A stretch of DNA of 64,000 nucleotides from an uncultured cyanobacterium (lineage in GTDB: Bacteria > Cyanobacteriota > Cyanobacteriia > Phormidesmidales > Phormidesmidaceae): positions 192,001 through 256,000 of the forward strand of contig CAWBZI010000001.1 of NCBI GenBank assembly GCA_963793265.1, in the 5' to 3' direction. The translations under genes were made by a program, and so were the position numbers. Position 1 is the first letter of the stretch, and every line of letters begins with the position of its first letter. Below the pieces are notes generated by a model that saw only the letters and a list, made by a program, of their open reading frames with translations, was not told the DNA's origin and made no database searches. Below, piece by piece: positions 46,510-56,526 of the stretch.

Positions 46510-47307
46510 CTAGGCAGTTTTCGCTATGTCTACCCAGCTATGATCCAATTCGTATTCCAGCTTGATGAGAGCCTCTCCTGCATACTTATCAAATACCTGG
46601 CAGGCTTCAGACGAAAACTGATTTCGCCAGTCTCCAACAATGCCTTTTCTCAAAAAGCTGTTCTTATTTTCTTCACCCGGCTTGCGCCCCGCCTGCTTAG
46701 CAAACGAAAATTCTTCTACAATTTCAGCAGCGCTATCAGCTGTAATATTTTCTCCTGTTAGCTCATGCACAATCCGCTGTAGCTCAGCCGGGCCGTTGGT
46801 TCTAAGATCTTCGTATCGAACGTAGGTCACGTCATCGCGGCCATACCATTTGCTGACGAACTGCGGCCAAGAAAAGCTCATGGGCCGATACTGTGTAAAA
46901 CACTGTTCTATAAAAGCAGGGAGGTTGCTGCGCACGTCATGGTAATCGTCGAACTGAAGGCGCGATCGCAGCTCATTTACAATCGGCGCATTCCGCCCGC
47001 TCTCATTCACAAACAGCGTGTGGTGATACCAGGACACCATCATGTCTCGCCCGTCTCGCCAAACGATCAGCGCATTTTCCATGCCCCAGGGCCGCAGGTA
47101 GTGACCGTGCATCATACTGGTCGATAGCGTTGGAAACTGGTTTCTAGGAAAAGGCAGTCCGGTCGCTCTACTCACCATTTGCCCTACCCAAGTTCCGCCC
47201 GATTTGGGATACTCATTGACGATGTAAAGGGGTGAGATGGGCGTGAGGCCGTGCACCATGGCGTATCTTACAGCCGCTTGGAATTTGACAGCGATCGCAT
47301 TAGACAT
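46510..47307 (-). CDS. Sulfotransferase (SULT-like domain)
   Basis: YPKSGGTW, RDGRDMMVSWY, RYEDL, FLRKGIVGDWRN. Confidence 0.92.
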   Translation of the reverse strand: MSNAIAVKFQAAVRYAMVHGLTPISPLYIVNEYPKSGGTWVGQMVSRATGLPFPRNQFPTLSTSMMHGHYLRPWGMENALIVWRDGRDMMVSWYHHTLFVNESGRNAPIVNELRSRLQFDDYHDVRSNLPAFIEQCFTQYRPMSFSWPQFVSKWYGRDDVTYVRYEDLRTNGPAELQRIVHELTGENITADSAAEIVEEFSFAKQAGRKPGEENKNSFLRKGIVGDWRNQFSSEACQVFDKYAGEALIKLEYELDHSWVDIAKTA

Positions 47308-47341
47308 TGTTTTTGCTTCTTAAATGATGGCTTAAGTAGAA

Positions 47342-48652
47342 CTAGGTAGACAAAGGTTGTGTGATTGAGAGCGTATCTTCAGCGGCTAAATCTGGCTGCA
47401 AAGCTGGCTGAGACAGATCGCGCTGCAAACTTTTCATCGCTAAAACGATGGCGTCTGTACTTTCTTTCCAGGTTGGCTGTTGCTGGGCTAATGCTTTACC
47501 AGCAACAGAAAGCGCCTGTCGTTTTTCTGCATTTTCCAGTAACGTGCAGACAGCTTTAGCGAACTCTTTGGCAGAATCAGCAGCGATCGCATCTCTCCCT
47601 GGCTCGCATCCCGCTACCGTAGAAAGTACAGGCGAAGTAGACACCAGCGGCACGCCCGCAGTCAGCGCATCTAGCGCTCGATTAATCAGCCCGGTACTGT
47701 GAACAATGGGGACAACAGCTAGGCTTACTGAGTTATATAGTTCAACTAAATCTTCAACAAAGCCCAGTGCTTTTACCTGTGGCGGCAAGCTGCGAGCAAT
47801 CTCACTGTCAGGATCAGGCGGCGTTCCGGCCAGTAGCAAATTGGCCTCTGGATGCTTTGCTAAAACTAGCGGCCAAACTCTTTGTAAAAACCAGCGAGAC
47901 TCTTGCGCGCGACCGCCCTTGAGGTGGGTCATGTACAGAACTGTTTTAGGCGCTTGAGGGTTATAGGTAACCTGATCGAGCGATCGCTTTCGACCGTTCT
48001 GCGCAGCGAGCACCATAGGCTGTTTGGCCTGATTTCCTAACAGCCAGTGTGCGCGTTTTTTCTCCAACGGCGTCTGCACATGCAGCAAATCCACATCTTG
48101 CAAGTAACGCTTCTCTAATGGCCACACCACAACAGAGCGTAGCCCCTGAAACAACCGTTGCAGAGAAAATCCTAAGCGTCCGCTCACCCACTCTCTTAGA
48201 GAATCTACATACGTGGTCGTAATCACGTCATTGCAGCCCAAAGCGACAATAGGCGGCACCGAAAGCTTAGCCTTTCGACAGGCTAAAAGAAGTCCTAGCC
48301 CACCGACAGGTGAAACCCAAACCGCATCATAGGTATTAGCGGCAAATATCTCTTTTAGCCTTTTGGTGTCGTAACCGTTGATAAAAAAGGTTGGACGCTG
48401 TAGGGTTAGCTCTTTCAATAGCTTATGGCCGCTAGTATGATCGCGGCTCGGTAAGCTCAATACCTGCTTCACGCTCGCAGGTACGTTTTGTTTTCTTTCT
48501 TCTAGTAGCTGTTCGTCTTTAGGCGATTGCGTAATCACCAGCATGTCCAGCTCAAACGACGCCGATAGCGCCTCAGCAATATGTGCGTTCGGCAGCTCAA
48601 TCCCCTGACGCGGCGGAAACGGAATTGAGGTCGTTACAAACAAAATCTTCAT
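47342..48652 (-). CDS. GT4-like glycosyltransferase
   Basis: MKILFVTTSIPFPPRQG, WFLQRVWPLV, LGFVEDL, AVVPI..TGLINRALDALTAGVPLVST. Confidence 0.85.
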   Translation of the reverse strand: MKILFVTTSIPFPPRQGIELPNAHIAEALSASFELDMLVITQSPKDEQLLEERKQNVPASVKQVLSLPSRDHTSGHKLLKELTLQRPTFFINGYDTKRLKEIFAANTYDAVWVSPVGGLGLLLACRKAKLSVPPIVALGCNDVITTTYVDSLREWVSGRLGFSLQRLFQGLRSVVVWPLEKRYLQDVDLLHVQTPLEKKRAHWLLGNQAKQPMVLAAQNGRKRSLDQVTYNPQAPKTVLYMTHLKGGRAQESRWFLQRVWPLVLAKHPEANLLLAGTPPDPDSEIARSLPPQVKALGFVEDLVELYNSVSLAVVPIVHSTGLINRALDALTAGVPLVSTSPVLSTVAGCEPGRDAIAADSAKEFAKAVCTLLENAEKRQALSVAGKALAQQQPTWKESTDAIVLAMKSLQRDLSQPALQPDLAAEDTLSITQPLST

Positions 48653-49932
48653 ACCGCTACCTCCACGGGTCTAAGCGTTTCTAAAAACTGAAAGCTGGTT
48701 CTCGCAGTTGCCTTCGCCTGCTCAACGGGCATCTGCACAGCAGGCGGTTCACCTGCTTCGATTGCGGTCATTAATCGCGCTGTTAATGTCTCTGCCGAAA
48801 GCGATTGAATCGGCATCACCCAGTCATCATCTAGCCCAACTTCCTGAGCAAAATCAACGCATTTTTGATGGTAGGAAAGCACGCCAAACGGCGTCCCCAC
48901 TGCGTAAGAGATAACGGCTGCATGGAGGCGGCTAGCAAGGACTAAGCTACATTCGCTGAGCTGCTGGTACATGGACTGGGGGCGATCGCTATAAGGCAAC
49001 AGCCTCACCCTCTCCTTTGCCTCTAATCGCTGCTGAAGCTGAGCTGAAGCCGCCTCATCCACATCGCTAAAGTTCAACAAATTTACCACTACAGCGTCAT
49101 TCGCAGACTGCAATGCATTCAAACTTGTCGCCAAAGCCGTCATCATCGCATCAGGCGTATGCCCCTGCCGCAAAGCAATGCCCACACTAGGCCCCTTCAA
49201 AGGTTTCGGTTCGCTCACTGTCTCACCTGCAGGCAACAGCTCCGGTAGCAACAAAGCAATATCCATAGCTCGCACCGCCGGAATACCCACATCAAGCTGT
49301 TGCAAAACGTCCCAGGATCGTTGATCTCTCACGGCAACGAAATCAAGCTGCCTGAGCACCTGCTGGCAAGCATACTTCTCGGCCTCTGTTTTGAACGGCC
49401 CGAGCGATACGCCAATAGCACCAATGAGAGTATCTGAATGAAATAGCCTGGTGGCGGTGACGACCTTAGCTAACCGCTGCGACCGAAAAACAGAATGAAA
49501 GATAGACCCTCCGCCGACTAACAACACTGGAGAAGACTTGGCCAGGCGATTATCAAACAGTAGCGGATTGAGCCAGCGGCGCACATAAGGAATCTGTTGA
49601 AACGTGTTGTAGCCTGCAAATCCTTTAATGCTATCAGCGGCGCAATTGGCGTCTATATGCGATTCATCAGCGACATAGTGAGCCAAGCAGGCGTCATCAG
49701 CCAGCAGGCGAAATCGTACCTGCTGGCTGAAGTTTTTCAAAACATAGTTGATAATTACCGCCGTCATGGCGTCATCGCCAACGTTGCGCTTTCCATTCCA
49801 ACCAATCAAACTAACCGCATCTGAACTGGCAGTAGCAAGGCTCTCTCCATCAGGTCTAATCACATTCACGCGAGCGGTCTTCAAACTAATCATGGTTGAT
49901 TTTGAAATAATAGGAATATCGTCACTTAGCAT
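48649..49932 (-). CDS. Polysaccharide pyruvyl transferase family protein
   Basis: GWNGKRNVGDDAM, VGGGSIF, GVSLGPF, VRDQRS, SRLHAAV. Confidence 0.9.
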   Translation of the reverse strand: MLSDDIPIISKSTMISLKTARVNVIRPDGESLATASSDAVSLIGWNGKRNVGDDAMTAVIINYVLKNFSQQVRFRLLADDACLAHYVADESHIDANCAADSIKGFAGYNTFQQIPYVRRWLNPLLFDNRLAKSSPVLLVGGGSIFHSVFRSQRLAKVVTATRLFHSDTLIGAIGVSLGPFKTEAEKYACQQVLRQLDFVAVRDQRSWDVLQQLDVGIPAVRAMDIALLLPELLPAGETVSEPKPLKGPSVGIALRQGHTPDAMMTALATSLNALQSANDAVVVNLLNFSDVDEAASAQLQQRLEAKERVRLLPYSDRPQSMYQQLSECSLVLASRLHAAVISYAVGTPFGVLSYHQKCVDFAQEVGLDDDWVMPIQSLSAETLTARLMTAIEAGEPPAVQMPVEQAKATARTSFQFLETLRPVEVAV

Positions 49933-49965
49933 TCAAAAGCAGCAGTTTTCAAAGCAGATAGAAAA

Positions 49966-51411
49966 CTAAACGGCTACTTTCTTAGAAGATAAAAAGTTAA
50001 TTAGAAAGATATAGAACGCGAGCTGCCCACATCGAATAACCAGCCAGGAGCCGGTATTGTCGAAATTTCCCGACATAATGCTTTCAGTAATCATCAGCAT
50101 CACAAATCCCTGCAAGATGAAGGATACATCCAGGTCTTTTACCCGCTGAAAGCCACAGATAATTGCGGCCCAAAGTGACCCTAAGCCAAATGCAAATGCA
50201 GGCACATAGCCCCCTGCCATCAGTCGTAGCGCACCCCATATTCCGACAGCTCCTGCAAAAGACTTATCACTGTCAAAACCAATGTAAGCAATCCCAACCG
50301 CCTTGCCTGTGGTCATACTGGCCACGCCGCCATCAAAAGGAACAAGTTTGCTGATAATTCTTTGCACCGTATTAGACAAGCTAAACACATCCCGCAGCAA
50401 GTCTGGCTGATAGATATTAGTAACCAGCAGGCCATCAAATCCATTAAATCGAGTGGTGACCAAATCGACAAAATACACCACGTTGTCTAGCCGAAGGGCT
50501 TCAGCCGCGCCATTTGCAAAAGCCTGGATAACGTTAAATCCATAGGACTGACCTGCAAACAAAATGGTATAGCGAATCTGGTTGGCGACCGCAAAGGTTG
50601 TAAATAGTAAAAAAACAGCGATCGCTGAAGTGACAGCGGCTCTCTTAACAGATATTTTGAAGTTGCCGCGTTCGTACAAAAAGTAGATCACGGCTAAGAT
50701 TGCAATCTCAGCTAAAGCACCTTTGCTGCCGCCAATCAGGCCGAGTATAACAAAGCCGATTAAAACAGATATGTAGAACTTAACGTGATACCTATACTTG
50801 AAGATATAGAGTAAACAGGCCAGGTGAATAAAGATCTCGGGAATGACAAATGACCATATTCCAGAAGATGACGTAGTGGCTTTCTTGACACCAATCTTGA
50901 GAAAAACTGCAAATACGGTGCTCATCAATAGAGCGACTGTTGCGGCTGCTTGAACATACTTTTGCTTTTTCTCTAGCAGGCTTTTCGAGCGCCCGGCAGC
51001 TTTAGCAAGATGGCCGTTTGCCAGCAGCTCTCGACTACTCGGCGCTAGTATCATAGAAGTCAGGCAAAATCCTACCAACAAACAGCCGCTATAGAGTCCC
51101 GTTTGAACAAGAGATGCTTGAATAAGGTCATTGCTGATACTGCTGAAGCGGACGTACTTAAATAGCTCTAAATTAGGCAGCAGTATAAACGGTCGCAAAA
51201 GATGCGTCAGCCACAATACGAACGAGATAAATAGGCAGGTTTGCTTGAGCCGCAGCGAGATTGGGAAAACGTAGTAAGGCACGACCAGGCAGCTAGCAGC
51301 AAATGTATACCTTAGCCCTACCTCAGCATCGTAGAGCAGCATGAGAAACGAGCCAATGACGTTGAGAAGCAAAAAGTAGTCAGAAACTTTTAAAGACATA
51401 TCTAAGCCCAA
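49966..51411 (-). CDS. Multi-pass membrane protein, probable Wzy polysaccharide polymerase
   Basis: About 10-11 TM segments, GGSKGAL motif, periplasmic loop; position within the EPS cluster. Confidence 0.6.
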   Translation of the reverse strand: MGLDMSLKVSDYFLLLNVIGSFLMLLYDAEVGLRYTFAASCLVVPYYVFPISLRLKQTCLFISFVLWLTHLLRPFILLPNLELFKYVRFSSISNDLIQASLVQTGLYSGCLLVGFCLTSMILAPSSRELLANGHLAKAAGRSKSLLEKKQKYVQAAATVALLMSTVFAVFLKIGVKKATTSSSGIWSFVIPEIFIHLACLLYIFKYRYHVKFYISVLIGFVILGLIGGSKGALAEIAILAVIYFLYERGNFKISVKRAAVTSAIAVFLLFTTFAVANQIRYTILFAGQSYGFNVIQAFANGAAEALRLDNVVYFVDLVTTRFNGFDGLLVTNIYQPDLLRDVFSLSNTVQRIISKLVPFDGGVASMTTGKAVGIAYIGFDSDKSFAGAVGIWGALRLMAGGYVPAFAFGLGSLWAAIICGFQRVKDLDVSFILQGFVMLMITESIMSGNFDNTGSWLVIRCGQLAFYIFLINFLSSKKVAV

Positions 51412-52436
51412 TTCCTTTGAACTTGCTTTCTTTTAAGAAAGGTTCTGTCAATAGCTTTACTGAGTTCTTTGCTGGGTAAATACAGCTTGGCGCGTAGCTT
51501 GCTTGTCAAACTCAACTTTGCGCCAACTATCTCATAGCCCAGCTCTTCCATTTGTTTTTTATTCAAATATTCTACTAAGGCAATATCACCGCTGGGCAAA
51601 TCAGTCTTCCAGCTTTCCAAGCTTTTAGTATTCACAGAGCCTGCCGCCGCCGAGAAATGAGACGCGGCCCATTCGGAAGAATACAGATCTGCATCAGGGA
51701 CAGCCTGGTTAGTAGGGGTAAGCATTGCAGGCTCAAACTGTTCTTTAAGAAAGCTACAGGCTTCTATCAAAGAAGATCTTGGTGACTTTGCTAAGGCTTC
51801 ATAGCGCATTGGGTAAACCCTAGTATCCGAGGCCCACCACTGCAGGTGCTTAACGCTATCTTGCCACCTGAGCGCATGGGCAACAACATCACTTCCTCCC
51901 CAGGGCACTCTTGCCATCGAAGCAGCGACGCTTCTAGGATCGCGAATCATATAGATAATTTGAGCGTTAGGATACCAGTTCAAAAGCTGTTCGATATAAG
52001 CGTAGTGTGCAGGTGTCTTTTCTCCCCAGCGAGGTTTGTTTCTCTTTTCAGCATATTGCTTCAGCAAGCCGGAGAATAAATTTCTGTATTTATTCCCATT
52101 TCTATCCAGATTCGCTTTGTTCGCTTCAGTAAAAACCGAATCATACAGTGAGCATGCATCCAAATCAAAGTAACCAAACCGCTGGCTGTTGGTAAACGTA
52201 TGCCAAAAGTTTTGAAAGCCTTCTTGTGATCTAATCACGTCGGGCGGAAAACGCTGCATCCAATAGTTTAAAAGGTGGCTTTCTGGGGCAATACAAATGT
52301 TTGAATGAGCAGAGAGCAACCGGCTGAGTAGGGTCGTTCCTGAGCGGGGCATACCAACGATAAAGATAGGCGCTGTGCTAGCGCTGCCATCTTTATTAAT
52401 TTCCAAATCCATCACACTAGCCATACAGAAGCCCAA
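51402..52436 (-). CDS. Sulfotransferase
   Basis: FIVGMPRSGTTLL, WGEKTP, IRDPRSVAAS, RYEAL. Confidence 0.93.
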   Translation of the reverse strand: MGFCMASVMDLEINKDGSASTAPIFIVGMPRSGTTLLSRLLSAHSNICIAPESHLLNYWMQRFPPDVIRSQEGFQNFWHTFTNSQRFGYFDLDACSLYDSVFTEANKANLDRNGNKYRNLFSGLLKQYAEKRNKPRWGEKTPAHYAYIEQLLNWYPNAQIIYMIRDPRSVAASMARVPWGGSDVVAHALRWQDSVKHLQWWASDTRVYPMRYEALAKSPRSSLIEACSFLKEQFEPAMLTPTNQAVPDADLYSSEWAASHFSAAAGSVNTKSLESWKTDLPSGDIALVEYLNKKQMEELGYEIVGAKLSLTSKLRAKLYLPSKELSKAIDRTFLKRKQVQRNWA

Positions 52437-52464
52437 AAAGTCTAAAAAACAGATTTCTCACGGG

Positions 52465-53907
52465 TCAGGCAGCTTTTTGCAGCACTAGCCTGGTGACCTT
52501 AGCCAGCGTACCGGGCGAAACTCTTGACACGCAGCCCACATAAATCACGACGCCCAAAGCCACACAGCTTACTACCATCGCCCAGTTAGAAAGCCAAGAA
52601 GCTTCTATTTGCTGCAGGCAGACCATGCCTAAAGTCGCTAGCATTCCGCTGAATACCACCGGCCAAACTTCCTTAACATAGGTCGCGTAGCTAATTTGAG
52701 TCAGTTTCCGAATTGCTAGAAGCGGCAGCGGAAACAGCAGGTAGCCCCGCACGACATAAGCCAGCGCAACGGCCCAAATTCCCCAGCGCACAGCAATAAA
52801 AAAGGCCGGAAAGTTAACTGCCGCATTGAGAAAGTTAAACCCCAGTCGCCAGGAAGGCTTGCCCATTGCAATCATCAGGTTTGCATTCAAACCGCCCATC
52901 GCGTGAATTGGGCCAATGAGTGCCAATACCTGCATCACAGGAATACTCGGAGCCCATTTGTCACCGAATAACAACGGTACAAGCTGAGGCGCAAGGGCAG
53001 CGGCAAATAAAAATGCTGGAATTGAGACTAGGCCCACCATTTTAGTGCTGCTATAGAGGGTTTTGCGCAGCAAAGGAAGGTTGTCTTGCAGCTTGGCAAA
53101 CGCTGAAAATGCCACCTGATTCACAGGCGCATTGATTAGCTGAGTCATTAGCAGCAGCAGTTGATAGGCGACGTTGTAATAACCTAATGCAGCGGTGCCT
53201 AAGTAATAACCCACAAGCAGATCGTCAGAACGGCGATTTACAACATTAAGAATGTTAATACCCATAATGCTGATGCCGAAAGCAAGCAGCTCCTTTAGAG
53301 AAGAGAAAGAAAACCTCAGTCGAGGCCGCCACTTACCCACTTGCCAAAGCACGACTACGGCGACTAATGCCCGCGTTAGTTCTTGTGCGACCAGGCTCCA
53401 AACTCCAAATCCTGCCAGCGCCATCACCATTGCCACAACGCCGCCGATAGAGAGTGCTAGCAACGAGCGAATCGCTAGCGACTTGAACTTTAGCTGCCGT
53501 TGAAGGATGGCCGTTTGTACGCTGTTGAGCGCAATTAGAACAAATACAGGCGAGAGACTTTTGAGCACTAAAGCCAGCTCGGGCGCTTTGAACTGAATAG
53601 CGATCGCATCAGCGCTCAAGAAAGTAACGGCACTGAGTATTAAGCTAATCGCCAGGCTGCTCCAAAAAGCCGTATCCAGGCTCTCAGGCTTTAGCTCTTT
53701 AGCCTGAACAATCGCCTGGGCAAACCCCTGTTCAACAAAAACGCGAATAAAGGCGACGACCACGTTAGCGAGCGCAACTAAGCCAAAAGCCTCAGCAGAC
53801 AAAAGGCGTGTCAGCAGCAGCAAAGAGGCAGAATGAAAAAACAAACCGCCCCATTTTTGTACCACAGACCAAAATAGTCCTCTGATAGCCAGAGACTTCA
53901 AACTCAT
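52465..53907 (-). CDS. wzx: Polysaccharide flippase (Wzx/WzxC, MOP family)
   Basis: MSLKSLAIRGLFWS, LTRLLSAEAFGLVA, GF..AIVQ, LGYYNVAY; about 12 TMs. Confidence 0.9.
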   Translation of the reverse strand: MSLKSLAIRGLFWSVVQKWGGLFFHSASLLLLTRLLSAEAFGLVALANVVVAFIRVFVEQGFAQAIVQAKELKPESLDTAFWSSLAISLILSAVTFLSADAIAIQFKAPELALVLKSLSPVFVLIALNSVQTAILQRQLKFKSLAIRSLLALSIGGVVAMVMALAGFGVWSLVAQELTRALVAVVVLWQVGKWRPRLRFSFSSLKELLAFGISIMGINILNVVNRRSDDLLVGYYLGTAALGYYNVAYQLLLLMTQLINAPVNQVAFSAFAKLQDNLPLLRKTLYSSTKMVGLVSIPAFLFAAALAPQLVPLLFGDKWAPSIPVMQVLALIGPIHAMGGLNANLMIAMGKPSWRLGFNFLNAAVNFPAFFIAVRWGIWAVALAYVVRGYLLFPLPLLAIRKLTQISYATYVKEVWPVVFSGMLATLGMVCLQQIEASWLSNWAMVVSCVALGVVIYVGCVSRVSPGTLAKVTRLVLQKAA

Positions 53908-53961
53908 ACTCTACTCTCAATCTTCTCTAACATTTTTATCTTAAAAGCACCCAAGCCAGCC

Positions 53962-54747
53962 CTATACCCAGCGTTCTAAGATTTGGTCTATCTCAGCTTT
54001 AGAATAAAAATGTTGAAGATACTGAGACTGCTGCATCCTATCTAAATAACCTTTCGGAAATTGGATATGCCGCTTAAACTCGTCGTATGTTTTAGAATAT
54101 TCTTTACTAGCGCCCACATTGCGAGAAACAATATTGAATGCGCCGGGCTCCAGATTTAAGAATGCTTCAACCTGGCGTGTCTTTTGGGCGTCTTCTAAGT
54201 CACAGCGCATGACCAATAGCTCAAAGTCATCTTGCTGGTACGTGCAGGATTTTTCGCTGAGAGGAAAAGGTTTAGCATACACATCAATGCCAGTGTAGCG
54301 TTTGATGTACTGATCAAACCACGTCAGCGGCGAATTGTGGTGCTGGTATTTGTTAAAAAATAGATCGTTTAAGGCTTCTAAACTGAAGTCTGATGTGGCA
54401 TAGGCGCGCCCTGTATTTTTCTCGTAGTTTTGAAAGAATGAAGATACGTTTTTGCCGATAGGATCTCTGACTAGAGAAATAATTTTTAGCGGGATTTTAG
54501 GCGCTATTAGGTGTTTGTAGAGGACTTGCGATCGCGGATGCACCGGATCATTCATAAAGTGGCTTGTAAAAACCGCAACCCCTTTGACGCTATTGAGAGC
54601 CTTGGCAATAGAAGTGCTGCCAACCTTCCCCATCGACCAGATGAATACAGGTTGATTGCGCTGCACCTGTAGCTGCACCTTCGGTTCAAACAAAGCATTC
54701 CGAACTGCCTTATTAATATCAATCCCCACAACTCCAGACACTGCCAT
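53962..54747 (-). CDS. Putative capsular polysaccharide synthesis protein, sulfotransferase-like fold
   Basis: MGKVGSTSI and LVRDPIGKNVSSFFQN resemble the PAPS-binding motifs. Confidence 0.7.
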   Translation of the reverse strand: MAVSGVVGIDINKAVRNALFEPKVQLQVQRNQPVFIWSMGKVGSTSIAKALNSVKGVAVFTSHFMNDPVHPRSQVLYKHLIAPKIPLKIISLVRDPIGKNVSSFFQNYEKNTGRAYATSDFSLEALNDLFFNKYQHHNSPLTWFDQYIKRYTGIDVYAKPFPLSEKSCTYQQDDFELLVMRCDLEDAQKTRQVEAFLNLEPGAFNIVSRNVGASKEYSKTYDEFKRHIQFPKGYLDRMQQSQYLQHFYSKAEIDQILERWV

Positions 54748-54793
54748 ACTTATCTAACCTATCAACAAAAACTAATGGATAGATACAAAATAA

Positions 54794-54829
54794 CCGTGAG
54801 ATTTCGCACATACAAGGGAAATCTCACGG
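54794..54829. terminator. Intergenic hairpin (12-bp perfect stem)
   Basis: CCGTGAGATTTC / GAAATCTCACGG. Confidence 0.55.
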
Positions 54830-54910
54830 ATAGACACTAATCGAAAGTAGTGATAGGAGAGTGGCACGTCTAGCTAAAGCTGACTAGACGAGAATAGTCA
54901 AGCAGACCAC

Positions 54911-56197
54911 TTAGACAAAATTAACGCCGATGCCCGCCGACAAATCAATGCTGCCAGAAACATCATTTGCGAAAACAGCAATAATATCACTTGTGCTGTT
55001 CAGAACAATTCGCGAATTCCCTGTAGAACGAACAGTTTGCAATTGATAGTCACTAGCTGATCCAAATAGCTGAATCACATCACCCTCAGAGAAGTCAAAA
55101 TCTCTAATAATGGCTCTATCAGCACCCCCATTATCGTAGAGAACGTCGCCCGCCACGCCTAAGACAAAAGTGTCAGCACCGCTACCCCCGATCAAGAAGT
55201 CTCTCTCACCAACATTCGTACCGCCACCGTTCAAAAAGTCGTCGCCTGCTTGCCCCTGCAAACGGTCGTTTCCAGATTCTCCGGTTAAGCTATCGCGACC
55301 GCTGCCGCCTCGAATATCATCGTTACCGCTACCGCCATAAAGGTCATCCATACCTGCCTGGCCCCGTAGCTTATCACGACCGCTCTCGCCATAGAGCACA
55401 TCAACCCCTAGTCCGCCGAATATCAGGTCGTTGTTGGCTCCACCAAACAAAGTATCGTTACCGTCATTGCCAAACAGCTTATCATTGCCATTCGCGCCCG
55501 ATATTGTGTCATTGCCAGCGCCGCCTCTTAAAACATTGGGAGTGCTAGTCCCAATAATAGTGTCATTATTCTCTGTACCGCCCACGTTGGCATAGCCAGG
55601 TGTGGCCGTAGGCTGCCCTTGCGCCGCGCTAAGAATGTCAGTCTGGTTGATGACATTTGCGCTACTAGAAGGGTCGCGTACCAGCGAAACGCCGTCAGTC
55701 GTCGTTCCCCAATCCTCTACAGTGCCAACTAAAGCCGCGGTAGGAGAGAATCCTGCATAAGTGACAGGACTATCAGCCGCAGCGCCGTTGTAGGTGAGCT
55801 GAACGTATTCGTTTGCGTTAGGGTCAAGCAGAACGATGTTATCACCAGAATTGTTGAATACGCCTGAGTTTCCCAGTCCAGCATCAAAAACTAGCGTCGT
55901 ACTGTTAGCTTTTGGCAGTGTGCCACCGCTGGTTCCTGAAACAATATATGCGTATTTTCTAGATTCCAACAAAGAGCCGTTAGGAATCGTAAACCAGTTT
56001 CCAGCCGCGGCATCCCAAAGCTGCAGGCCACTAATATCGATAGTATCTTCAGAGGTATTGTATAGCTCTATAAACTCATCACCAGCTCTAGCGCTGCCGC
56101 TGCGATCGGTGTCAAAGTTGAAGGCAGCGCCACTAGGATCGCTGAGAACCTCATGAATAATAATTCCGCCGAGTAAAGTGCTGGCTGTATTAGGCAT
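54911..56197 (-). CDS. Lamin-tail-domain (LTD) protein with RTX Ca-binding repeats
   Basis: [40 protein letters not shown]; GGxGND repeats. Confidence 0.85.
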   Translation of the reverse strand: MPNTASTLLGGIIIHEVLSDPSGAAFNFDTDRSGSARAGDEFIELYNTSEDTIDISGLQLWDAAAGNWFTIPNGSLLESRKYAYIVSGTSGGTLPKANSTTLVFDAGLGNSGVFNNSGDNIVLLDPNANEYVQLTYNGAAADSPVTYAGFSPTAALVGTVEDWGTTTDGVSLVRDPSSSANVINQTDILSAAQGQPTATPGYANVGGTENNDTIIGTSTPNVLRGGAGNDTISGANGNDKLFGNDGNDTLFGGANNDLIFGGLGVDVLYGESGRDKLRGQAGMDDLYGGSGNDDIRGGSGRDSLTGESGNDRLQGQAGDDFLNGGGTNVGERDFLIGGSGADTFVLGVAGDVLYDNGGADRAIIRDFDFSEGDVIQLFGSASDYQLQTVRSTGNSRIVLNSTSDIIAVFANDVSGSIDLSAGIGVNFV

Positions 56198-56262
56198 GTC
56201 AAAAAATCTCGTTAAAAAGCTGTAGCAATCGTAAAACTACGGAACACTACCGTAAAATTGCT

Positions 56263-56278
56263 TGTACTAAATACTACA
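56263..56278. promoter_or_regulatory. Possible NtcA site (TGTA-N8-TACA)
   Basis: TGTACTAAATACTACA, about 65 nt upstream of the ATG at 56197; TAGTTT -10-like hexamer 24 nt away on the minus strand. Confidence 0.45.
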
Positions 56279-56418
56279 AATGCTACTTAGAGATTAGTGA
56301 GAATACTGGCATCCTTTACCATGTCATCATATTGAACAGATCTTTGATAAAAGCATTTGAAGATAAGCAACAGACGGTTGCCGCTATTTTTCAAAGAAGA
56401 GTATTCGCATCTTTAAAG

Positions 56419-56460
56419 AAAAAGGTCGTTTGATTTGTATAAATCAAACGACCTTTTTTT
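56419..56460. terminator. Rho-independent terminator (bidirectional type)
   Basis: AAAAAGGTCGTTTGATTT-GTAT-AAATCAAACGACCTTTTTTT, 18-bp perfect inverted repeat with A/T tails. Confidence 0.85.
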
Positions 56461-56526
56461 AATTTGATATCAACTAGCCGCTGCTATGCGATTAAACATC
56501 GCTAGATAATAGTAGCTGATTTATCA